Positions 57,049 through 64,000 of a stretch of 64,000 nucleotides of DNA are shown here, in pieces (within the stretch, counting starts at the first letter, position 1; each line of letters opens with the position of its first letter). Position numbers and translations under genes: made by a program. This DNA is from Bdellovibrionota bacterium. Its GTDB lineage: Bacteria > Bdellovibrionota > FAC87 > UBA2466 > JACKAF01. The notes below the pieces were generated by a model. It saw only the letters and a list, made by a program, of their open reading frames with translations, had not been told where the DNA came from and ran no database searches. The stretch is from contig JAWKNY010000023.1 of NCBI GenBank assembly GCA_041391485.1, forward strand, positions 49 to 64,048. The letters run 5' to 3'.

Positions 57049-59295
57049 GTGTTATCGATGGATTCTGAAGAACTGAAGCGCCGCCGTAGAGAACGGATTA
57101 TCGTCGTCTTCCTCTTCTTTTTCATCCTTCTATTCACGGGAGTCGAGATTTACCTCCTCCGTGTAAGCAGTCAGCTTCCTTTTGTAAACTCCATATTTTT
57201 CTTCGGCCTGATGAACCTGAACGTCGTGCTCATCATGCTGCTGCTGTTCCTGGTTTTCCGCAATGTCGTCAAACTCATCCTCGATGAGAAGAAGGGGCGC
57301 GTGGGCTCACGGCTGCGCACGCGGTTGGTATTTGCCTTCATTCTCTTTGCGATCATCCCGACGGTCTTGCTCTTTTCGATCTCCGCAATTTATATCCGAA
57401 ACAGCTTCGACAAATGGTTCAGCGTGAAGATCGGTGGCACACTCCAGCGCAGTATCGAAGTGGTACGCAACTACTACGAAAACACCGAACGCAACGCGAG
57501 TCATTTTGTGCGCAAAATCGCCGTATCCATGGAAGAGCCGTTGGGTACGGAGAAATCGATTGAAAAGAAAATCGATCGCGCCCGTTTGGAGTTCGGCCTG
57601 GATGCGGTGGAGTACTACGCGGATCCCTTCGCGCAGCGGGTTTTGTCGGTTCATCCCAAGCATACCGCGCACGTTCCCGACGCCTCCATCGAAACGCTGA
57701 GCCATTACTTTTCCGGCGAAAGCGACTGCCGGGTGCAGAATGTGGGGGTCGGGGAGCTGCTCCGCTGTGGCGCTTTTCTGGGAGTGGGACGAGGGGTGAT
57801 CCTCGGGAGTTATTTCATTCCCATGAGTCTGGCTTCCCGACTCTCGGAAATTACGCTGAGCTACGAGGACTATAAGACCAATAACCCTTTGGGCTACCCG
57901 ATCAAGTCGACGTATTTTGCCATCCTGTCCATGATGACGTTGCTCATTCTCTTTAGCGCTACCTGGACGGGTTTCTACGTGGCGCGAAGGCTTGTGGTTC
58001 CGATCGAAGAGCTCTCCCGCGGTACGGAGGAAATCGCCAAAGGGAACTTGCACTACCGGATCCGTTCGCAACGCGGCGACGAGATGGGCAAGCTCGTCGA
58101 CTCTTTCAATCAGATGACAGAAGAGTTGCAGCAGAACCGTCAACAGATTGAGGCAACTCACCAACATCTCAAAGAGGTAAACGCACAAGTCAGCCATCGC
58201 CAGAGGTACATCGAAGTATTGTTGGAGAGTGTGCAGTCGGGAGTTATTTCCCTGGACGAGCGCGGCCGTATTTCCACCGTGAACCACGCGGCGGCGGATT
58301 TGCTTGGGGTAGAGCCTCAGGCGCTTTTAGGAAAATCCTATGAAGGTCTCATCCCCGTAGAGTACCAGTCCGAGTTTCAGGAAATCCTTACTGCGGTCTA
58401 CGGAAAGGCGCGGCCCATCCGCAAGGAGATGCGCTTGAAGTCCCCGGCGGGCGAACTGGTGTCGGTGTTGATTACCTTGAGCGTTTTGCGGGATGAGGAA
58501 AGCCGCTTTCCGTTGGGTGTCGTGGCTGTCTTTGATGACGTGACGGAAATCCAGAAGATGCAGCGGATGATCGCGTGGAGGGAAGTAGCCAAGCGCATCG
58601 CCCATGAGATCAAGAATCCGCTGACACCGATCCAGCTTTCGGTTCAACGATTGCGGCGGCGTTACCTGGATACGATCGAAGATGATGGCACCTTTGGAAA
58701 AGCCACTGAAATCATTTTGAAGGAAGTCGATGCCATTAAGAATCTGGTCAGTGAGTTTTCGGCTTTCGCGCGACTACCCGATATTTGCCAGCTGCCGGAG
58801 TCGCTAAACGAGATCGTGCTTGAGGCGGTCAGCTTGTTCCGATCGGCTCACGAAAGCTTGCGTTTCAATCTCAGCCTTGAGGAGTCCTTGCCCCTCATGA
58901 ACCTTGACCGGTCGCAGCTAAAACGGGTGCTGATTAACCTATTCGACAACTCGATTACCGCGATGGACAAACGTGGCGAAATCGATGTTGAAACCCGTTG
59001 GGACCGGTCCGATGGCCTGGTCCTGTTGACGGTTCGGGATCGCGGTTGTGGAATTGCAGAGGACCTGCACCAGCGCCTTTTTGAGCCGTATGTTTCCACC
59101 AAAGAGGGCGGGACAGGGCTGGGTTTGGCCATCGTACAGCGGATCATTTCCGATCACGGTGGCTTCATTCGGGTGACCCCAAATGTCCCCAAAGGCACTC
59201 AGGTCGTGATAGAACTCACAGAAGCCCTTATCGTGAAGGCCGAAGACACCAGTCGATTTACGAAGCCTCACCGTACGGATCGGAGCCTAAGCTAA
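57049..59295 (+). CDS. ntrY: NtrY-like sensor histidine kinase (TM-HAMP-PAS-HisKA-HATPase)
   Basis: N-terminal TM helices, HAMP (VPIEELSRGTEEIAKGNLHYRI), a PAS region, H-box RIAHEIKNPLTPI and N/G boxes (LFDNSITAM, GTGLGLAIVQRI). Confidence 0.8.
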   Translation: MLSMDSEELKRRRRERIIVVFLFFFILLFTGVEIYLLRVSSQLPFVNSIFFFGLMNLNVVLIMLLLFLVFRNVVKLILDEKKGRVGSRLRTRLVFAFILFAIIPTVLLFSISAIYIRNSFDKWFSVKIGGTLQRSIEVVRNYYENTERNASHFVRKIAVSMEEPLGTEKSIEKKIDRARLEFGLDAVEYYADPFAQRVLSVHPKHTAHVPDASIETLSHYFSGESDCRVQNVGVGELLRCGAFLGVGRGVILGSYFIPMSLASRLSEITLSYEDYKTNNPLGYPIKSTYFAILSMMTLLILFSATWTGFYVARRLVVPIEELSRGTEEIAKGNLHYRIRSQRGDEMGKLVDSFNQMTEELQQNRQQIEATHQHLKEVNAQVSHRQRYIEVLLESVQSGVISLDERGRISTVNHAAADLLGVEPQALLGKSYEGLIPVEYQSEFQEILTAVYGKARPIRKEMRLKSPAGELVSVLITLSVLRDEESRFPLGVVAVFDDVTEIQKMQRMIAWREVAKRIAHEIKNPLTPIQLSVQRLRRRYLDTIEDDGTFGKATEIILKEVDAIKNLVSEFSAFARLPDICQLPESLNEIVLEAVSLFRSAHESLRFNLSLEESLPLMNLDRSQLKRVLINLFDNSITAMDKRGEIDVETRWDRSDGLVLLTVRDRGCGIAEDLHQRLFEPYVSTKEGGTGLGLAIVQRIISDHGGFIRVTPNVPKGTQVVIELTEALIVKAEDTSRFTKPHRTDRSLS

Positions 59296-60563
59296 TGGTA
59301 CTCAAGCGGGTGCTTGTCATCGACGATGAGCAGAACATTTTGGTCACGCTCCAGGGGAGTTTGGAGGATGAGGGCTACATGGTGGATACCGCTCCGGATG
59401 CTCAACGGGGACTCGAGCGGGTGCAGCGTTTCGCTCCCGATGTGGTGCTGCTCGATATCTGGCTTCCGGATCAGGACGGCGTGGAAGTTTTAGAAAAGAT
59501 AAAGCGTCTCGATCCGACCATTGAGGTGGTGATGATGTCCGGCCACGGTACGATCGAAACCGCCGTGAAGGCCATCAAGATGGGTGCCTTCGACTTTATG
59601 GAAAAGCCCATCCACTTTGACAAGCTTCTTGTCCTCTTACGCCACGCCTTTGAACTCAAAGAACTCAAGAGTGAAAACCGCTACCTGCGCGAAGAGCTGG
59701 AAGAAGAAGAACAACTCATTGTTGTTTCCAAGCCAATGCAGAAGCTGGTGAAACTCATTCAGAGCACAGGGCCTTCCAATGCGTGGGTGCTTATCCGCGG
59801 TGAGTACGGCACGGGCAAAGAACTCATCGCACGCTCCATGCACCACAATAGTGAGCGGGCCTCCCGGCGGTTTTTGAGTTTTCGCGGTACCTGCTTGAAC
59901 CCCGAAACGCTCGATGACTTGCTCCTAGGAGACTCTGGCCTGCTCGCCAAGGCCGACGGCGGGACTGTCTATTTTGATGAGGTGGGCGATTTAGATCTGG
60001 CGACGCAAGCCCGCTTACTCGAGATACTGAGTACGAGCCTTTTTGATGTTCGGGTTATCGGATCGACTTCCAGGGATCTCGGGGAGATGGTCGAGGAAGG
60101 GTCCTTCCACCAGGAGCTTTACTGCCGCCTAAATGTCATCCCGATACGGATGCCCCGGTTGCGCGAGCGCCTGGAAGATATACCGGCTTTGGTGGAGCGT
60201 TTTCTGGAGCGCTACTCGGGCGGTAAGAAGCGGGGCCTCAGCGACGCCAGCATGAAATTTTTGTTGAGCTACCCGTGGCCGGGCAACGTACGGGAACTGA
60301 AAAACTGGATCGAGCGCGCGTGTATTCTATCGAAGAGCGAGATCCTGGATCTGGTGGGCGTAGAAGGGCCCATGGAAGCGGAGCTCGACGGACTTTCCTA
60401 TGACGGAGAAAGTCTGCGTTTGGCGCGCGCCGCTTTTGAAAGACATTTCATCATGAAGATGCTTTCCAAGAATGCCGGGAACATCTCCAAGACAGCTCAG
60501 TCCATCGGTTTGGAACGCAGTTACTTACACAAAAAAATCAAAACTTACGGGATAGAGATCTAA
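59295..60563 (+). CDS. ntrX: NtrX-like response regulator (receiver - AAA+ - HTH) lacking the GAFTGA loop
   Basis: Receiver domain (VLVIDDE.., LLDIWLPDQDG), AAA+ core with variant Walker A GEYGTGKE and a C-terminal Fis-type HTH (AGNISKTAQSIGLERSYLHKKIK). The ELFGHEKGAFTGA position reads DLLLGDSGLLAKA. 1-nt TAATG overlap with ntrY. Confidence 0.75.
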   Translation: MVLKRVLVIDDEQNILVTLQGSLEDEGYMVDTAPDAQRGLERVQRFAPDVVLLDIWLPDQDGVEVLEKIKRLDPTIEVVMMSGHGTIETAVKAIKMGAFDFMEKPIHFDKLLVLLRHAFELKELKSENRYLREELEEEEQLIVVSKPMQKLVKLIQSTGPSNAWVLIRGEYGTGKELIARSMHHNSERASRRFLSFRGTCLNPETLDDLLLGDSGLLAKADGGTVYFDEVGDLDLATQARLLEILSTSLFDVRVIGSTSRDLGEMVEEGSFHQELYCRLNVIPIRMPRLRERLEDIPALVERFLERYSGGKKRGLSDASMKFLLSYPWPGNVRELKNWIERACILSKSEILDLVGVEGPMEAELDGLSYDGESLRLARAAFERHFIMKMLSKNAGNISKTAQSIGLERSYLHKKIKTYGIEI

Positions 60564-60572
60564 GGAACAGTT

Positions 60573-61643
60573 ATGGAAGTGAAACCATTCGTCATTCAGC
60601 GAAGAAAAACCAGAGTCATCGACGTGGGCGGAGTAAAAATCGGCGGGGACAATCCCATCCGTGTTCAATCCATGACCACACCCAAGACGGCGGACGTGGC
60701 TGCGGTGGTGAAGCAAATTAAAGAACTGGAAGAGGTGGGCTGCGACATCATCCGTGTGACCGTCAACAAACAGGAGGCGGCCGATGCGCTTCCCGATATT
60801 CTCCGTCAGATCCGCATCCCTCTGATTGCCGACATTCATTTTGATTACAAGATGGCACTGGAAGCCATCCGCCATCGGGTAGCGTGTGTGCGCATCAACC
60901 CGGGGAACGTCGGGGCGGAGTGGAAGACACTCGAGATCGTGGAAGCCTGCAAGGACCAAGGCGTGGCGATGAGAATCGGGGTGAATGCCGGTTCGCTGGA
61001 AAAGCCGCTACTCAAAAAGTATGGGCACCCTTACCCGGAGGCGCTCGTCGAAAGTGCTCTGCACCACATTGCGCTTTTAGAGAGCAAGAACTTCCTCAAT
61101 TTTAAGGTCTCGATCAAGTCCTCAGATGTTTTGCAAAACTACCGCGCCTACCAGCTTCTGTCGGAAAAAACCGAGGCACCGCTGCATCTCGGTGTGACTG
61201 AAGCCGGGACACGGAGCTACGGCATGGTGAAATCAGCCGTGGGCGTGGGGAGTCTCATCCTCGCCGGGATCGGGGACACGATCCGCATTTCGCTGAGCTG
61301 CGAGCCCATCGAAGAGGTCAAGGCCGGCATCGATATTTTGAAGTCCATGGGACTTAGAGAGAACGCCGCTGAAATCATCTCCTGCCCGAGCTGCGGCCGA
61401 GCGGATATCGACGTCTTTAGCCTCGCCGAGGAGGTGGAGCGACGCGCCCTCAAGCTGAACAAGAAGATCAAGATCGCCGTCATGGGTTGCGTGGTCAACG
61501 GACCCGGTGAATCCATGGAGGCTGACATCGGCATCGCCGGGGGCGTGGGTGAGGGCCTCATCTATAAGAAGGGCAAGCCCATCAAGAAGGTGCCCGAAGC
61601 CGAGATGCTCGACTTCCTTATGGCCGAAGTCGAACGGATGTAA
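60573..61643 (+). CDS. ispG: 4-hydroxy-3-methylbut-2-en-1-yl diphosphate synthase
   Basis: VGGDNPIRVQSMT, RVTVN, RINPGNVG and the C-terminal ISCPSCGR / AVMGCVVNGPGE cluster ligands. Confidence 0.9.
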   Translation: MEVKPFVIQRRKTRVIDVGGVKIGGDNPIRVQSMTTPKTADVAAVVKQIKELEEVGCDIIRVTVNKQEAADALPDILRQIRIPLIADIHFDYKMALEAIRHRVACVRINPGNVGAEWKTLEIVEACKDQGVAMRIGVNAGSLEKPLLKKYGHPYPEALVESALHHIALLESKNFLNFKVSIKSSDVLQNYRAYQLLSEKTEAPLHLGVTEAGTRSYGMVKSAVGVGSLILAGIGDTIRISLSCEPIEEVKAGIDILKSMGLRENAAEIISCPSCGRADIDVFSLAEEVERRALKLNKKIKIAVMGCVVNGPGESMEADIGIAGGVGEGLIYKKGKPIKKVPEAEMLDFLMAEVERM

Positions 61644-61705
61644 GGAAGCACTTTTTTCAATCCCGAGAATGACACGAGCGGCCCAAAATCGTAGAATGGC
61701 CCGCT

Positions 61706-63109
61706 ATGGCTGAAAGAATCACCCCCAGGGATAAAGACTTTGCTCAATGGTACGCGGACGTAATCGCGCAGGCTAAGCTCGCGGACTTTAGTCCGGTGCG
61801 CGGCTGCATGGTGTTTCGGCCGAATGGCTACGCCCTTTGGGAAGTCGTCCAAAAGTACCTGGACAAGCGCTTCAAGGAAACTGGCCACAGAAATGCCTAT
61901 TTCCCGATGTTCATCCCCGAGAGTTTTCTGAACAAAGAGAAAGAGCACGTCGAAGGCTTCGCTCCAGAGTGTGCCGTTGTCACGCACGGAGGCGGCAAGA
62001 AATTGGAAGAGCCGCTCATCGTCCGTCCCACCTCCGAGACCATCATCAATGCGATGTACGCGAAATGGATCCAGAGCTATCGGGACTTGCCGCTGCTCAT
62101 CAACCAGTGGGCAAACGTGGTCCGGTGGGAGATGCGCACCCGCCCTTTCCTGCGTACGACTGAGTTTCTTTGGCAGGAAGGCCACACTTGTCACGCCGAC
62201 GAAGAAGAGGCGATGAAAGAAACGCTGAAGATGCTCGATGTGTACCGCAGCTTCTTCGAAGATGTACTCGCCATTCCCACAGTTCCCGGAGAGAAAACCC
62301 CGGGTGAAAAATTTGCGGGCGCGGAAAAGACGTACTCCATTGAAGTCATGTTGCAAGACAAACGGGCATTGCAGGCGGCGACCTCCCACTATTTCGGAAC
62401 GCGATTTGCCAAAGCTTTTGAGATCAAGTTTCAGGATAAAGAAGGGAAGCAGCAGTACGTGCACCAAACGACGTGGGGTTTGTCCACGCGATCGATTGGT
62501 GCGCTGATCATGACTCATAGTGATGATCAGGGGCTGGTGCTGCCGCCCAAGGCGGCTCCCACTCAGTGTGTGATCATCCCCATTCCCAAAAAAGGCGCGG
62601 ACAACACGGAGATCATGAACACCGTTTCCAAGCTGCACGAAGATCTTTCCAAGCACTATAGCTGTGAACTGGATGTTCGTGAGGGTTACAGTCCCGGCTA
62701 CAAGTTTAATGAGTGGGAGACACAAGGGGTGCCACTCCGCGTGGAGCTAGGCCCGCGTGATTTGGAGCAGGGTGTGTGTACGATCAAACGTCGCGATGGA
62801 CATAAGATTCAGCTGAAGATCGAAGACGTGGTCAAAGAAACGCCCAACTTACTCAACGCGTTTCAGAAGGCGCTCTATCAAAAAGCCAAGGAGCGGCTCG
62901 ATTCCAACACCTTTGTCGAAGATGATTACGATCGCTTCAAGAAACGGCTGGAAGAAGAAGGGGGCTTTTACCTGCTTCCTTATGATCCAGAGGACAAAGA
63001 CTTTGAGAAGCGTCTGAAGGAAGAGTGCAAAGCCACGACCCGTTGCTTGCCCTTTCACACCAATCCCATCCCTGGGAAGCGTCGCGTCTTAGTCGCCAAA
63101 AGCTACTAA
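61706..63109 (+). CDS. proS: proline--tRNA ligase, archaeal/eukaryote-like short type
   Basis: 467 aa. The DFAQWY..VI..A.L.D.SPVRGCMVFRPNGYALWE N-terminus, the class II motifs (FRWEMRTRPFLRTTEFLWQEGH, GLSTR) and the Zn-binding-type C-terminal domain ending ..AKSY are typical. Confidence 0.9.
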   Translation: MAERITPRDKDFAQWYADVIAQAKLADFSPVRGCMVFRPNGYALWEVVQKYLDKRFKETGHRNAYFPMFIPESFLNKEKEHVEGFAPECAVVTHGGGKKLEEPLIVRPTSETIINAMYAKWIQSYRDLPLLINQWANVVRWEMRTRPFLRTTEFLWQEGHTCHADEEEAMKETLKMLDVYRSFFEDVLAIPTVPGEKTPGEKFAGAEKTYSIEVMLQDKRALQAATSHYFGTRFAKAFEIKFQDKEGKQQYVHQTTWGLSTRSIGALIMTHSDDQGLVLPPKAAPTQCVIIPIPKKGADNTEIMNTVSKLHEDLSKHYSCELDVREGYSPGYKFNEWETQGVPLRVELGPRDLEQGVCTIKRRDGHKIQLKIEDVVKETPNLLNAFQKALYQKAKERLDSNTFVEDDYDRFKKRLEEEGGFYLLPYDPEDKDFEKRLKEECKATTRCLPFHTNPIPGKRRVLVAKSY

Positions 63110-63153
63110 GCTTTTTCTAATCCAGCGCGTGAGTCTTGCCGATGAGTTAGTGA

Positions 63154-64000
63154 ATGGATCGGCTGCTCAAGGCAACCTGTTTTCTAGGACTGGCGCTCAC
63201 TCTCCCTGCTCTAGGTGAGTTTGACCCGGCGCAGCAGCTGCAACAGCCAGAAGCCGAAGCGAATCCTTTCGAACAAGCTTACCAGCAACAGGACCAACAA
63301 GCCGCTCAGCCCGCCCAAGGCCAGGCGAACCCGGCCATTCCCCAGCGCCAGCAGCTTTTCACAGAGAAAGATAAGAACCGTGTCATCCAGGATCCAGCCG
63401 TTCTACTTACTTTGAGTGAAGAAGAACGTAAGAAAGCTCTCGAAGATGGTGCGTTCAACTTTCGCGATAAAGATGCGTACATGGACGTGGAAGATGCCAT
63501 GCACAGCAAGCAGTTTGTGCACCGCCACCTTCTCTCCAAGACCGTTGCGGAATCTAAGCCCTTGGAACTTGGCAAATACTTCATCAACCTCGTTACGACT
63601 TCCAGCTACGTGCATCAGGAAGGTGACGGAGTAAATGTTAAGTGGATCGAGTACAACGCGGGCGGTATTACCCTGTCGGGTGGGTTTAGTACTGAAGGCG
63701 GACACACCTTTGAGTTGGGAGCGAGTCTCTCGTCTATTTCTTATGTTTTTGCTGGTTACCGCTACTTACTCGGCACCAGCGAATGGGATGTTTGGCCTTA
63801 CGCCGGTGCAGGAATCGGAATGGGCATGACCTTCCTGGATATCGCCGATGGGCCGTTCGAGGTTCAAGCTTACAACGGTTCAACCACTATCTTTTCGGGT
63901 GTACTCGGAATGATGGTCCCTCTGCCGGATATCGCGGTCAAACTCGAAGTCAAAGTGGACATGTGGGGCGGTCACCGAGCCGTCTTTACCCCCGGCTTCG
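63154..64000 (+). CDS. secreted Q-rich / beta-barrel-like outer-membrane protein (partial, runs off the right edge)
   Basis: My own translation from ATG 63154 is open to the window end and is not in the supplied ORF list because it has no stop. Signal peptide MDRLLKATCFLGLALTLPALG, a Q/A/P-rich linker, then Gly/aromatic alternating strands (..YRYLLGTSEWDVWPYAGAGIGMGMTF..). Confidence 0.55.
   Translation, partial: MDRLLKATCFLGLALTLPALGEFDPAQQLQQPEAEANPFEQAYQQQDQQAAQPAQGQANPAIPQRQQLFTEKDKNRVIQDPAVLLTLSEEERKKALEDGAFNFRDKDAYMDVEDAMHSKQFVHRHLLSKTVAESKPLELGKYFINLVTTSSYVHQEGDGVNVKWIEYNAGGITLSGGFSTEGGHTFELGASLSSISYVFAGYRYLLGTSEWDVWPYAGAGIGMGMTFLDIADGPFEVQAYNGSTTIFSGVLGMMVPLPDIAVKLEVKVDMWGGHRAVFTPGF

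Noticed and set aside
61562-62725. A 387-aa ORF antisense to proS. Similar long antisense ORFs occur at 57307..58287 (ntrY), 30100..31020, 33869..34498, 53738..54535 (mnmA), 37552..38208, 26222..26944, 55852..56574 and 20235..20804.
   Set aside because: For every case I checked (proS, ntrY, gene A at 30052 and the left-edge ORF 63..323), the antisense ORF lies in the codon-aligned frame: its first base pairs with sense codon position 3. In that frame stops arise only from sense TTA, CTA or TCA codons, which appear little used in these moderately GC-rich genes. The translations are Arg/Pro/Gly-rich and match no family. They are shadow ORFs. The class I / class II aaRS antisense idea is tempting for proS but has no support here.

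Overview
This is a 64-kb chromosomal segment from a moderately GC-rich Gram-negative bacterium. Many secreted peptidases, DUF1552/DUF1588-type envelope proteins, NtrYX and an archaeal-type ProRS give an impression of a Bdellovibrionota/Oligoflexia-like lineage, but I cannot verify that here. I found no rRNA, CRISPR array, phage genes or recognisable transposase.

Gene content from left to right:
- 0.3-2.6 kb: cydAB.
- 2.76 kb: tRNA-Lys(CTT), with a duplicated 3' end.
- 2.9-9.5 kb: a two-domain GT2 glycosyltransferase, a YdjM-like hydrolase, cysQ, an FNR-like reductase and recQ.
- about 9.54-20.17 kb: a block in which every recognisable gene is shattered by indels (clan-CD peptidase, purT, an outer-membrane transporter, crcB, an exonuclease, lipoproteins).
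- 20.2-22.8 kb: two disordered proteins, one secreted with 11- and 12-residue proline runs.
- 23.3 kb: tRNA-Cys.
- 23.6-26.3 kb: ftsEX and an envC-like gene.
- 26.35-29.4 kb: an ApbE / FMN-binding / NapH-NosR-like polyferredoxin module.
- 30.05-35.9 kb: an envelope cluster of CxxCH proteins, lipoproteins, a Tat-signal protein and a beta-barrel. This is my best candidate for an uncharacterised system.
- 36.0-39.8 kb: tatC-tatA and an aceE-like gene.
- 39.9-41.9 kb: a UPRT-like / membrane Mrr-fold pair beside a DEDD exonuclease.
- 42.0-47.8 kb: secreted peptidases, a GT-C-like membrane protein, tRNA-Arg and small secreted proteins.
- 48.1-52.0 kb: a fragmented glycosylation-like locus.
- 52.0-63.1 kb: mop, mtaB, mnmA, a cysteine desulfurase, ntrYX, ispG and proS.
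- 63.15 kb to the right edge: a partial outer-membrane-like gene.

Main caveat: many otherwise conserved genes carry one or two frameshifts. In all five cases I could resolve by eye, the frame is restored by adding one base to a C or G run. Most of the 'pseudogenes' here may therefore be base-calling or assembly errors rather than biology. All family assignments rest on motifs read by eye, not on searches.
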